Assembly: GCA_037925075.1 (NCBI GenBank)
Contig: JAXSNR010000002.1
Coordinates: forward strand, 128,001 to 192,000
Reading direction: 5' to 3'
From: Aquificaceae bacterium
Lineage (GTDB): Bacteria; Aquificota; Aquificia; Aquificales; Aquificaceae
Length of the DNA: 64,000 bases
Shown here: one piece after another, positions 55,299 to 64,000 of the stretch
How positions within the stretch are numbered: the first letter of the stretch is position 1
Layout of the letters: each line of letters begins with the position of its first letter
Translations under genes and position numbers: made by a program
The notes under the pieces: model-generated
The model's input: the letters and a program-made list of their open reading frames with translations, nothing else
What the model was told of the DNA's origin: nothing
The model's database searches: none

Positions 55299-55320
55299 TA
55301 AACAAAGGCAGGAGGCTAAA

Positions 55321-55857
55321 ATGAGAAAGAGTTGGGAACAGAAAGGACAGATAATTGGGTCCTACAGTGAAAGGATACAAAGGTCAAGCCTAGTGGTCTT
55401 TTTTGACTTTACGGGCATTGATGCTCAGACAATTACAAAGCTAAGGGCTGACCTAAAGGATGCGGAAGGAGAAATGCTCGTAGGTAAGAATACGCTTTTT
55501 TACAGAGCCTTTATGAACACGGTTATGGCGGACCATCGAGAAGTCCTTACAGGTCCAACAGCCTTTGCCTTTGCTTACGGCGACCCCGTTAAGGTTGCCA
55601 AGATTCTCTATGATTTTATGAAGGACCTTGATAAGGAAAAGCCCCTTTCAAAAATAAAGGGTGCCTATATGCAGGGTAGGTTTCTAAAGCCCGTGGAGGT
55701 GCAGGCTCTTGCAGAGCTTCCACCCAAGGAGGTGCTTGTTTCAAAGCTTATGGGAGCTATTCAGGGACCTATATATGCTCTTGTTATGGCTCTCAAGTCC
55801 GCACCTCAGAAGCTTGTGCTTACACTTAAAGCTATAGAAGAAAAGAAATCTCAGTAA
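55321..55857 (+). CDS. rplJ: 50S ribosomal protein L10
   Basis: KNTL, LTGPT, LA.LP..E; operon position. Confidence 0.95.
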   Translation: MRKSWEQKGQIIGSYSERIQRSSLVVFFDFTGIDAQTITKLRADLKDAEGEMLVGKNTLFYRAFMNTVMADHREVLTGPTAFAFAYGDPVKVAKILYDFMKDLDKEKPLSKIKGAYMQGRFLKPVEVQALAELPPKEVLVSKLMGAIQGPIYALVMALKSAPQKLVLTLKAIEEKKSQ

Positions 55858-55869
55858 GGAGGTATAGAT

Positions 55870-56259
55870 ATGGCAACACTTACCATTGACGAGATCGTAG
55901 AGGCCATAGGCAGCATGACTTTGCTTGAAGTGGCAGAGCTTGTGAAAAAGCTCGAAGAAAAGTTCGGTGTTTCCGCAGCTATGGTGGCAGCGGCCCCGGT
56001 GGCGGCAGCAGGGGCACCTACAGCAGGAGCACCTGCAGCGGAAGAAAAGACAGAATTTGACGTTATCCTTAAGTCCGCCGGTGCAAATAAGATAAACGTG
56101 ATCAAGGTGGTAAGGGAGATCACTGGACTTGGTCTTAAAGAAGCAAAGGACCTCGTAGAAGGTGCTCCAAAGCCTGTCAAGGAGGGAGTTCCCAAGGAAG
56201 AGGCGGAGAAGATTGCGGCAAAGCTCAAGGAGGCCGGTGCGGAAGTAGAGATAAAGTGA
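55870..56259 (+). CDS. rplL: 50S ribosomal protein L7/L12
   Basis: [25 protein letters not shown]. Confidence 0.98.
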   Translation: MATLTIDEIVEAIGSMTLLEVAELVKKLEEKFGVSAAMVAAAPVAAAGAPTAGAPAAEEKTEFDVILKSAGANKINVIKVVREITGLGLKEAKDLVEGAPKPVKEGVPKEEAEKIAAKLKEAGAEVEIK

Positions 56260-56290
56260 AACCACTCTTATGGGAGGTTTTTATAAGCCT

Positions 56291-56323
56291 TACCCCCTGC
56301 GTGTGCAGGGGGTATTTTGTTTT
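56291..56323 (+). terminator. Intrinsic terminator after rplL
   Basis: Perfect 10 bp stem TACCCCCTGC-GTGT-GCAGGGGGTA followed by TTTTGTTTT. Confidence 0.85.
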
Positions 56324-56326
56324 GTA

Positions 56327-56355
56327 TTGACGGAGTCCGCAAGTTTACTTATAAT
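56327..56355 (+). promoter_or_regulatory. Sigma70-type promoter for rpoBC
   Basis: TTGACG (56327-56332), 17 bp spacer, TATAAT (56350-56355). Confidence 0.8.
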
Positions 56356-56387
56356 TATAAGTTTATCCTACTTAGAGGGTTGAAAAC

Positions 56388-59300
56388 ATGAGAAAAAACA
56401 TGCCCTTACCAAGAAAGTTCTTTGGTAGAAGGGAAGAGCTTGTAAGTCCGCCAAACCTTCTTTTCCTTCCAAAGGAATCCTTTGAGACCTTTCTCCAGTT
56501 CTACAATCCACCATCCCAAAGGGAGCAAAAAGGTCTTGAGTACGTCTTTTCCACCTCCTTTCCCTTCAAAGACCCCGATGAAAAGATCACTCTTGAATAC
56601 TTGGGCTATGAGGTGGGCGATTGGGAATGTAGCAAGTGCGGATACAAGGCGTATGCAGACCAGAGCTTCTTGGCGGGTTATGGTGTAAGCTGTCCCAAAT
56701 GTGGAACCCTGCTAGTGTATAAGGAAAAGTATACAGAAGAAGAATGTAAGATAAAGGGCTTTACCTACTCCCTGCCTCTGAGAGTTATGGTTAGGCTCAG
56801 GGCCAAGACCAAAAAGGGTGAAAAGATAGGAGAGCCCAAAAAGGTTTACTTTGGCGAAGTGCCCATGATGACCCAGACGGGCTCTTTTATCATAAACGGT
56901 AGTGAGAGAATAGTGGTAAGCCAACTTATACGCTCTCCAGGTGTCTTTTTTGAAGAAAAGGAAGAAAGACAGAAGGAAACTACCGTAATCCGTATGATAT
57001 ACAGGGCGAGCATCATACCTGACAAGGGACCGCGCATTGAGTTTGAACTTTCAAGCACTACTGACATACTCTCATCAAGGATAGACAAAAAGAAGGTGGG
57101 TGGAACCTTTGTCCTTAGAGCCTTTGGTCTTGAAACCGCTTACCAAATACTTAAGCCCTTCTACCCGGATGCAAGAGCCTTCTTCGTACAGGGTGGGACT
57201 ATATTTGACAAGGACACGGGCGAAGAGTTCAAGGTGGAAGACTTGGAAGGTTTTTATATATTTGCGATCCTCCGATACAAGGCAAAGATAGAAGAAAAGG
57301 GAGTGGAAGAGGAGATACTGGAAGAGAGGTTAATTGAGGAGATTGAACAGCTTGACAGACTTTTAAAGGACGAAAGGATAAGGATAGACCTTATCTCTGC
57401 GGTTCCAAAGGAAAGTGCGGTCAAAAGTCCCTATGGAAAAATACTTATAGAAACCCTCGTGGCTGAGACAGCCCCGAAGGACCAAGACAGAAGAAGCCCA
57501 CTTAAAATACCCGCAAGGTTCACCCTTAGAGACTATGCCCTTGTGGACATATACAAAAAGCTCAGGGCCGTAGAGCCCATGGTGATGGAGCTTGAGCACC
57601 TTATAAGCAGGGCAAGGTCTCACTTTGACCTGTACTTTAAGGACCTAACCAGGTATGACCTTTCAAAGGTGGGAAGGGTAAAGCTCAATGCAAAGGTTCA
57701 CAGGCCACTGAAGGAGTTAAGGCCCGCGGATTTTGAAAGGCTTTCGGACCTTCCACCCCTTGCCCTTGCAGAAGATGTGGGTGAGTTTAAGGCTGGAACT
57801 CTGATAACAGAAGAGATTCTCTCTGAAATTTTCAAGCATAAAGATAGCGTAAAGGTAAAGGACTATACGGAAGGCCAGGCAAGGTTTCTAAGTGACTCTG
57901 ATCTGGTAAACACCATAAAGTATCTTATAAACCTCAGATACGGAAGGGAGAAAAGGGATGATATAGCCTACCTTGGAAATAGAAGAATAAGGGCTGTGGG
58001 TGAGCTTTTGGAAAATCAGGCAAGAATAGGCATAGCGAGGATGGAGAAGTTCTTCAGGGACAGGTGCACCGTGGCAAACCCTGAAGACCCAAACCTCAAA
58101 CCCCAAGACCTTCTAAACCCAAGGTATCTTACCAGTGCTCTCTATGAGTTTCTAAAGGGTGGTATGCTTTCTCAGTATCTTGATAACACAAACCCACTGT
58201 CTGCCCTAACTCACAAGAGGAGGCTCTCCGCCCTTGGACCTGGAGGTCTAACAAGAGAAAGCGCCAAGTTTGAGATAAGGGACGTGCACCCCTCTCACTA
58301 TGGAAGGATATGCCCCATTGAGACCCCAGAGGGTCAAAACATAGGTTTGGTGACCTCCCTCACTGTCTACGCCCAGACAAACGAGTACGGCTTTATAGTA
58401 ACCCCATACAGGAAGGTGGAAGATGGGAAGGCGACCTATAAGATTGAACGCCTTGCCGCTTATGAGGAAGAGAATTTTGTCATAGCTCAATACACTCCCA
58501 CCGACGAAGAGGGTAGGATTCTCAGCGACAGAGTTTATGTGCGCTACAAAAACGACATACAGATAGTAAAGCCAGAACAGGTGCACTACATGGATGTTTC
58601 TCCAAGGCAGGTCATATCCGTGTCAGCCTCTCTCATACCCTTCCTTGAACATGACGATGCCAACAGGGCTCTCATGGGATCCAACATGCAAAGGCAGGCG
58701 GTACCTCTCATATTTACCTCCTCTCCCCTTATCGGTACTGGCATGGAAAGGAAGGTAGCCTTTGATAGCGGTGCGGTGGTTGTGGCAAGAAGGGGCGGTC
58801 AAGTGGAGGAAGTAAACTCTAAAAGAATAATAGTTAGGGTGAACCCTGAGGAGATAAACTTCTCCGACCCTACAGACATAGGCATAGATGTATACGAGCT
58901 CAAAAAGTTTGAGAGGACAAATCAGAATACGTGTATAAACCAGAGGCCACTGGTGGTAAAGGGGCAAAAGGTCAGCAAAGGAGAGCTTCTTGCGGATGGT
59001 CAGTCCACCTTTAGAGGAGAGTTGGCCCTTGGTAAGGATGTGCTCGTTGCCTTTATGCCTTGGAGGGGTTATAACTTTGAAGACGCCATTGTCATATCGG
59101 AAAGGCTTGTAAAAGAAGACATATACACCTCCATACATATAGAAGAACTTGAAGTAGAAGCCAGAGAGACAAAAATAGGCAACGAAGAGATAACCCGTCA
59201 GATACCGGGAGTTCCCGAAAGACTTCTGTCCCATCTGGATGAGTTTGGTATAGTAAAGATTGGAACCTACGTAAAGCCCGGTGATATACTTGTCGGTAAA

Positions 59301-60794
59301 GTAACTCCAAAGGGCGAAGCCCAGCTTACACCCGAAGAAAAGCTCCTTCAGGCAATATTTGGTGAAAAGTCAAGAGATGTTAAGGATTCCTCTCTCAGAT
59401 GTCCTCCGGGTGTGGAGGGTGTGGTGGTTGATGTTAAGGTTTTTGTAAGAAAGACTGGCGAGAAGAGAAACTACCTTGTGGAGCATGTGGAAAGGGCAGA
59501 AAGGGAAGAGCTGGAGAGAGAGTTGGAAAAGAAAAAGAGGCTTATCGTTGAAGGCAGAAACAGGATAGTAAGGGATTTAGTACTTGGCAGAAAGCTTGAC
59601 AAGGATATAACGGTCAAGAAAAAGGTTTATGAGGCAGGTACAGTGGTAGATGATAAGGCCTTTGAGGCACTTCTTAACTACATAATAACCAGGCCGGAAA
59701 ACCTTTTTGAGGACGAGGAGCTTTGCAAAAGGATAAACGACCTGAGGGAGAGAACACGCTTCCAAGTGGATATGATTTCAAAGCTCTACGAGGAGAAGAT
59801 GGAGTCCATAGGTAAAAGAAGCGAGCTTCCAGCGGGTGTTATAGCCCTTGTAAAGGTTTATATAGCCCAGAAGAGAAAGATAAAGGTGGGTGATAAAATG
59901 GCGGGTCGTCACGGTAACAAGGGCGTCATATCGGTGGTGCTTCCTGTGGAGGATATGCCCTTCCTTGAAGACGGAACTCCCGTGGATATAGTCCTTAACC
60001 CTCTTGGTGTGCCCTCTCGTATGAACGTGGGACAGATATTGGAAACACACCTAGGTTGGGCTTCTAGGGAGCTGGGCAAAAGACTGAGGGAACTTATAGA
60101 GGCTGGGACGGAAAAGCAAAGGCTAATAGATTTTCTCAAGAAGGTTTATGCGGTGGGGGATATGAGAGGTGAAAACCAAAGGCATGTGGAGGAGTTTTTG
60201 CAGGGCCTTGATGAGAAAAGTTTTGAAGATGTTATTAACCTATACGCTGAAAGGGGCATTCCTATGGCGACATCGGCCTTTGAGGGTGCAAGCGAAGAGC
60301 ATATAAGGGAGCTTCTCAAGATGGCCGGGCTTCCAGAGAATGGAAAGGCGGTACTCTACGATGGAAGAACTGGAGAGCCCTTTGACATGAGGGTCACCGT
60401 GGGATACATGCACATGCTCAAGCTCATACACATGGTAGATGACAAGATACACGCCCGTAGCACAGGACCTTACTCTTTGGTTACACAACAGCCTCTCGGT
60501 GGAAGAGCCCAGTTTGGTGGTCAAAGGCTTGGAGAGATGGAAGTTTGGGCCTTGGAAGCTCATGGTGCAGCCCATACACTTCAAGAGATGCTTACCGTCA
60601 AGTCTGACGACATAGAGGGTAGGACAAAGGTCTACGAGTCCATAGTTAAGGGTAAGTATATCTACCAGCCTGGAGTGCCAGAGTCCTTTAGGGTCCTTGT
60701 GCGTGAACTCAAGGCTCTGGGTCTGGACGTGAGGTGTGAAAACGGGGCGGTCATGCCCTGCGACCAGATAGAAGTTGAGGAGGAGCAAAAATGA
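56388..60794 (+). CDS. rpoB: RNA polymerase beta subunit
   Basis: [40 protein letters not shown]. Confidence 0.99.
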   Translation: MRKNMPLPRKFFGRREELVSPPNLLFLPKESFETFLQFYNPPSQREQKGLEYVFSTSFPFKDPDEKITLEYLGYEVGDWECSKCGYKAYADQSFLAGYGVSCPKCGTLLVYKEKYTEEECKIKGFTYSLPLRVMVRLRAKTKKGEKIGEPKKVYFGEVPMMTQTGSFIINGSERIVVSQLIRSPGVFFEEKEERQKETTVIRMIYRASIIPDKGPRIEFELSSTTDILSSRIDKKKVGGTFVLRAFGLETAYQILKPFYPDARAFFVQGGTIFDKDTGEEFKVEDLEGFYIFAILRYKAKIEEKGVEEEILEERLIEEIEQLDRLLKDERIRIDLISAVPKESAVKSPYGKILIETLVAETAPKDQDRRSPLKIPARFTLRDYALVDIYKKLRAVEPMVMELEHLISRARSHFDLYFKDLTRYDLSKVGRVKLNAKVHRPLKELRPADFERLSDLPPLALAEDVGEFKAGTLITEEILSEIFKHKDSVKVKDYTEGQARFLSDSDLVNTIKYLINLRYGREKRDDIAYLGNRRIRAVGELLENQARIGIARMEKFFRDRCTVANPEDPNLKPQDLLNPRYLTSALYEFLKGGMLSQYLDNTNPLSALTHKRRLSALGPGGLTRESAKFEIRDVHPSHYGRICPIETPEGQNIGLVTSLTVYAQTNEYGFIVTPYRKVEDGKATYKIERLAAYEEENFVIAQYTPTDEEGRILSDRVYVRYKNDIQIVKPEQVHYMDVSPRQVISVSASLIPFLEHDDANRALMGSNMQRQAVPLIFTSSPLIGTGMERKVAFDSGAVVVARRGGQVEEVNSKRIIVRVNPEEINFSDPTDIGIDVYELKKFERTNQNTCINQRPLVVKGQKVSKGELLADGQSTFRGELALGKDVLVAFMPWRGYNFEDAIVISERLVKEDIYTSIHIEELEVEARETKIGNEEITRQIPGVPERLLSHLDEFGIVKIGTYVKPGDILVGKVTPKGEAQLTPEEKLLQAIFGEKSRDVKDSSLRCPPGVEGVVVDVKVFVRKTGEKRNYLVEHVERAEREELERELEKKKRLIVEGRNRIVRDLVLGRKLDKDITVKKKVYEAGTVVDDKAFEALLNYIITRPENLFEDEELCKRINDLRERTRFQVDMISKLYEEKMESIGKRSELPAGVIALVKVYIAQKRKIKVGDKMAGRHGNKGVISVVLPVEDMPFLEDGTPVDIVLNPLGVPSRMNVGQILETHLGWASRELGKRLRELIEAGTEKQRLIDFLKKVYAVGDMRGENQRHVEEFLQGLDEKSFEDVINLYAERGIPMATSAFEGASEEHIRELLKMAGLPENGKAVLYDGRTGEPFDMRVTVGYMHMLKLIHMVDDKIHARSTGPYSLVTQQPLGGRAQFGGQRLGEMEVWALEAHGAAHTLQEMLTVKSDDIEGRTKVYESIVKGKYIYQPGVPESFRVLVRELKALGLDVRCENGAVMPCDQIEVEEEQK

Positions 60795-63700
60795 GAAAAG
60801 GGCTTTTACCCTTTGAAAGAATAAAGCTCATGCTTGCCTCTCCGGAGGAAATAAGAAGCTGGAGCTATGGGGAGGTAAAAAAGCCAGAGACCATAAACTA
60901 CAGAACCCATAAACCTGAAAAGGATGGGCTTTTCTGTGCCAAGATATTTGGTCCCATAAAGGATTACGAATGTCTGTGTGGAAAATACAGGGGCAAACGT
61001 TTTGAGGGAACCATATGCGATAGATGCGGTGTGGAAGTGACCAAATCTTACGTGAGGCGCAAGAGGTTTGGACATATAGACCTTGCGGCCCCTGTAGCTC
61101 ATATATGGTTTCTCAAAAGCACACCTTCGAAGATAGCCACCCTGATCGGGCTTTCTGTGAGAGATGTGGAGAGAGTAATCTATTTTGAGTCCTATCTGGT
61201 TATAGAGTATCCCATGAGTGAAGAGGAGGAGAGAGCCTTTTCTCAGCAAGAGGATACCCTTCCTCTCAAGGATGAAATAGGAAACACCAAGTTTGTCAAG
61301 CTTCATGTGGTGGACGAGGACACTTACAACTCAGAGTTTGCAATAAGCTTGGAGCACAAGTACGAAGGGGGTATGGGTGCGGAGATAATAAAGAAGATCT
61401 TAGCCTCTCTTGACCTTGAAACCTACGCCAAAAAACTCAGAGAGGAGATAAGACCCTACAGCTTGGGCTATGAGGACCTATCTGAGGAGCTTTTCAACCA
61501 GTACAGAAAGCTCTATGAACGTATGCTCAGAGTTTTGGCGGAAGATCTGAGGCTTTACGGTGTTGACATAAAGACCCCCGAAGGCACCACCCTTGAACAG
61601 ATACTTCACAGAATTATATGCGGTGAGCTTTATCTGAACACAGACACGGGAGAGCTTTCGGAAGAAGCCCTTGAGGGCCTTATGACCGCTAGGGAAGCTA
61701 TCCAGTCATACTACGAGAAGGTTCGTCAGAAAAAGAGAGACCTTCCCGTCTTTGAAAAGATAAAAATGGACATACGGAATGCGGTTCTTAAGGAGGTTTC
61801 AGAGACAAAGGTCAAAAAAGTGCTCAGAGTTCTCAAGTTAGTGGAGGACTTTATAAAGAGTGGAAACAAACCTGAATGGATGATACTGGAAGTGCTTCCT
61901 GTCCTCCCCCCTGAACTTAGGCCCCTTGTGGCCCTCGATGGAGGTCGCTTTGCCACCTCAGACCTTAACGACCTTTACAGAAGGATCATAAACCGCAATA
62001 ACAGGCTAAGAAGGCTTATAGAGCTGGACGCACCGGAGATAATAATAAGAAACGAAAAAAGAATGCTTCAGGAGGTGGTCTCCGCCCTCATCGACAACGG
62101 AAAGCGTGGGAGGGTGGTCACTCAGAACGGAAGAGCCCTCAAATCCCTTTCGGACTACCTAAGAGGTAAGCAGGGAAGATTCAGGCAGAACCTGCTCGGC
62201 AAAAGGGTGGACTACTCGGGCCGTAGCGTGATAGTGGTGGGTCCCGAACTCAAGATGCATCAGTGCGGTCTTCCAAGAATTATGGCTCTTGAGCTTTTCA
62301 AGCCCTTCGTATACAGAAGGCTTGAAGAGAAGGGATACGCCACTTCCATAAAGAACGCCAAAAAGCTCGTGGACCAGAAAACACCTGAAGTGTGGGAATG
62401 CCTTGAAGAGGTGGTCAAACAGCACCCCGTGCTTCTAAACCGTGCCCCAACCCTTCACCGAATGTCCATTCAGGCCTTCGAGCCCGTGTTGGTGGACGGG
62501 AAAGCCATACAGCTACATCCCCTTGTATGCCCACCTTTCAATGCGGACTTTGATGGAGACCAGATGGCCGTGCATGTGCCCCTTGGCATAACCGCACAGC
62601 TTGAGGCTTACATACTTATGCTCTCCACTCAGAACATCCTCTCCCCAGCTCATGGTAAGCCAATAACCATGCCTTCTCAGGATATGGTGCTAGGTGTCTA
62701 CTACATGACTCAGGAGGTTCCCGGTGTAAAGGGTGAGGGTAAGCTCTTCCTTAGCAGGGAAGAAGTAATCCTTGCCCTAGAAAACAAAAAAGTAGACATG
62801 CACGCCCGTATAAGGCTTAGACTTGAGGATGGCAAGCTTATAGATACCACTCCAGGGAGGGTCTTATTTAACAGCCTGCTTCCGGAGGACCATCCCTTTG
62901 TAAACGAGCCTATGGACAAGAAAAAGTTATCAAAGCTTATAGCTAACCTCTACAACAGATACGGAACGGAGAGAACCGCAAAGTTTCTTGATGATTTTAA
63001 GGAGTTGGGCTACAACATAGCCACAAGGGCTGCGGTATCCATAGGCATAGAAGACCTGCAAATTCCGAGGGTAAAAAAGGATATTCTCTCTCAAGCTTTT
63101 GATCAAACTGATGAAATTGCAGAATTTCACAAGAACGGCATAATAACCGCAAAAGAGCGTTATAACAGGATCATTGACCTCTGGTCCGAGATAACGGACA
63201 AGGTATCAAGGGCCATGTTTGAAGAGATAGAAAAAAGCACAAGAAAAGAGGGAGAAAAGGTTTACCCGGGCATCTTCAACCCCATATACATGATGGCCAA
63301 CTCAGGAGCTCGTGGCAACAGAGACCAGATAAGACAGCTTGCCGCCATGAGAGGTCTTATGGCAAAGCATACGGGAGAGTTCATAGAAACACCCATTGTG
63401 TCCAACTTCAGGGAAGGTCTTTCTGTGCTTGAATACTTCATATCCACCTACGGAGCAAGGAAGGGTCTTGCGGATACTGCCCTAAAGACCGCCTTTGCAG
63501 GGTACCTTACCAGAAGGCTTGTGGATGTGGCACAGGATATAACGATAATGGATATGGACTGCGGGACCTACAGGGGCATACTTATGGAAGCCATAGTGGA
63601 AGGTGGTGAGGAAAAGGTTTCTCTCAAAGACAGAATAATAGGAAGGACCTTGGCGGAGGATGTGCTTGACCCATACACGGGAGAAGTGATAGCCCAAAGA

Positions 63701-64000
63701 AATCAAATTGTGGACGAGGGGCTTGCGGACAGGATAGTGCATGCGGGGATAGAGAGGGTCAGGGTAAGGTCTCCCCTTACTTGCGAATCCAAGCACGGCA
63801 TATGTGCCATGTGCTACGGTTGGGACCTCTCTCAAAGAAAGCTGGTGGATGTGGGTGAGGCGGTGGGTATAATAGCCGCCCAGTCCATAGGAGAACCAGG
63901 AACCCAGCTTACCATGAGAACCTTCCACATAGGCGGTGCTGCGGTGGCAGAAAGGGTAAAGGGTGAGCTCTTGAACGAGAAGGCTGGCGTGGTCAAATAC
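60791..64000 (+). CDS. rpoC: RNA polymerase beta' subunit (runs off the window end)
   Basis: ATG 60791 [39 protein letters not shown]; zinc finger CLC…CDRC; NADFDGD near 62540; [12 protein letters not shown] near 63900. Confidence 0.99.
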   Translation, partial: MRKGLLPFERIKLMLASPEEIRSWSYGEVKKPETINYRTHKPEKDGLFCAKIFGPIKDYECLCGKYRGKRFEGTICDRCGVEVTKSYVRRKRFGHIDLAAPVAHIWFLKSTPSKIATLIGLSVRDVERVIYFESYLVIEYPMSEEEERAFSQQEDTLPLKDEIGNTKFVKLHVVDEDTYNSEFAISLEHKYEGGMGAEIIKKILASLDLETYAKKLREEIRPYSLGYEDLSEELFNQYRKLYERMLRVLAEDLRLYGVDIKTPEGTTLEQILHRIICGELYLNTDTGELSEEALEGLMTAREAIQSYYEKVRQKKRDLPVFEKIKMDIRNAVLKEVSETKVKKVLRVLKLVEDFIKSGNKPEWMILEVLPVLPPELRPLVALDGGRFATSDLNDLYRRIINRNNRLRRLIELDAPEIIIRNEKRMLQEVVSALIDNGKRGRVVTQNGRALKSLSDYLRGKQGRFRQNLLGKRVDYSGRSVIVVGPELKMHQCGLPRIMALELFKPFVYRRLEEKGYATSIKNAKKLVDQKTPEVWECLEEVVKQHPVLLNRAPTLHRMSIQAFEPVLVDGKAIQLHPLVCPPFNADFDGDQMAVHVPLGITAQLEAYILMLSTQNILSPAHGKPITMPSQDMVLGVYYMTQEVPGVKGEGKLFLSREEVILALENKKVDMHARIRLRLEDGKLIDTTPGRVLFNSLLPEDHPFVNEPMDKKKLSKLIANLYNRYGTERTAKFLDDFKELGYNIATRAAVSIGIEDLQIPRVKKDILSQAFDQTDEIAEFHKNGIITAKERYNRIIDLWSEITDKVSRAMFEEIEKSTRKEGEKVYPGIFNPIYMMANSGARGNRDQIRQLAAMRGLMAKHTGEFIETPIVSNFREGLSVLEYFISTYGARKGLADTALKTAFAGYLTRRLVDVAQDITIMDMDCGTYRGILMEAIVEGGEEKVSLKDRIIGRTLAEDVLDPYTGEVIAQRNQIVDEGLADRIVHAGIERVRVRSPLTCESKHGICAMCYGWDLSQRKLVDVGEAVGIIAAQSIGEPGTQLTMRTFHIGGAAVAERVKGELLNEKAGVVKY

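Noticed and set aside
55970..56042. GC-rich quasi-repeats in rplL
   Set aside because: Encode the normal Ala-rich hinge of L7/L12

Overview
Gene-dense core-chromosome segment of an Aquificaceae bacterium (Hydrogenobacter/Thermocrinis/Aquifex-like). This is inferred from near-identity of 37078..37713 to Hydrogenobacter PspA, the inserted NusG domain, a GyrA-box-less type IIA topoisomerase A subunit and large RpoB/RpoC insertions. The first 51 kb hold shuffled housekeeping genes: pyrE, leuD, gyrA/parC, rnc-fabF-acpP, queF, tkt, metE, tadA, recG, plsY, ileS, serS, tyrA and pyrC. They also carry a triheme cytochrome c, two ArnT-like glycosyltransferases with a PAP2 phosphatase, a GGDEF/EAL pair, a DJ-1/WrbA/IorAB operon and an aminotransferase-pspA-TPR-exbBD operon. 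The last 13 kb are the tRNA-tuf-rpmG-tRNATrp-secE-nusG-rplKAJL-rpoBC cluster, with rpoC truncated by the window end. I found no mobile element, CRISPR array or defence island. The strongest non-checklist signal is a recurrent leaderless-gene architecture: a -10 box 6-8 nt before the start codon with no Shine-Dalgarno. Other notable points are unusual tRNA gene features (C33 in tRNA-Val, zero-spacer and overlapping tRNA genes) and one ~430 bp probably decayed gene. All calls are by eye and from motifs; no searches were run.
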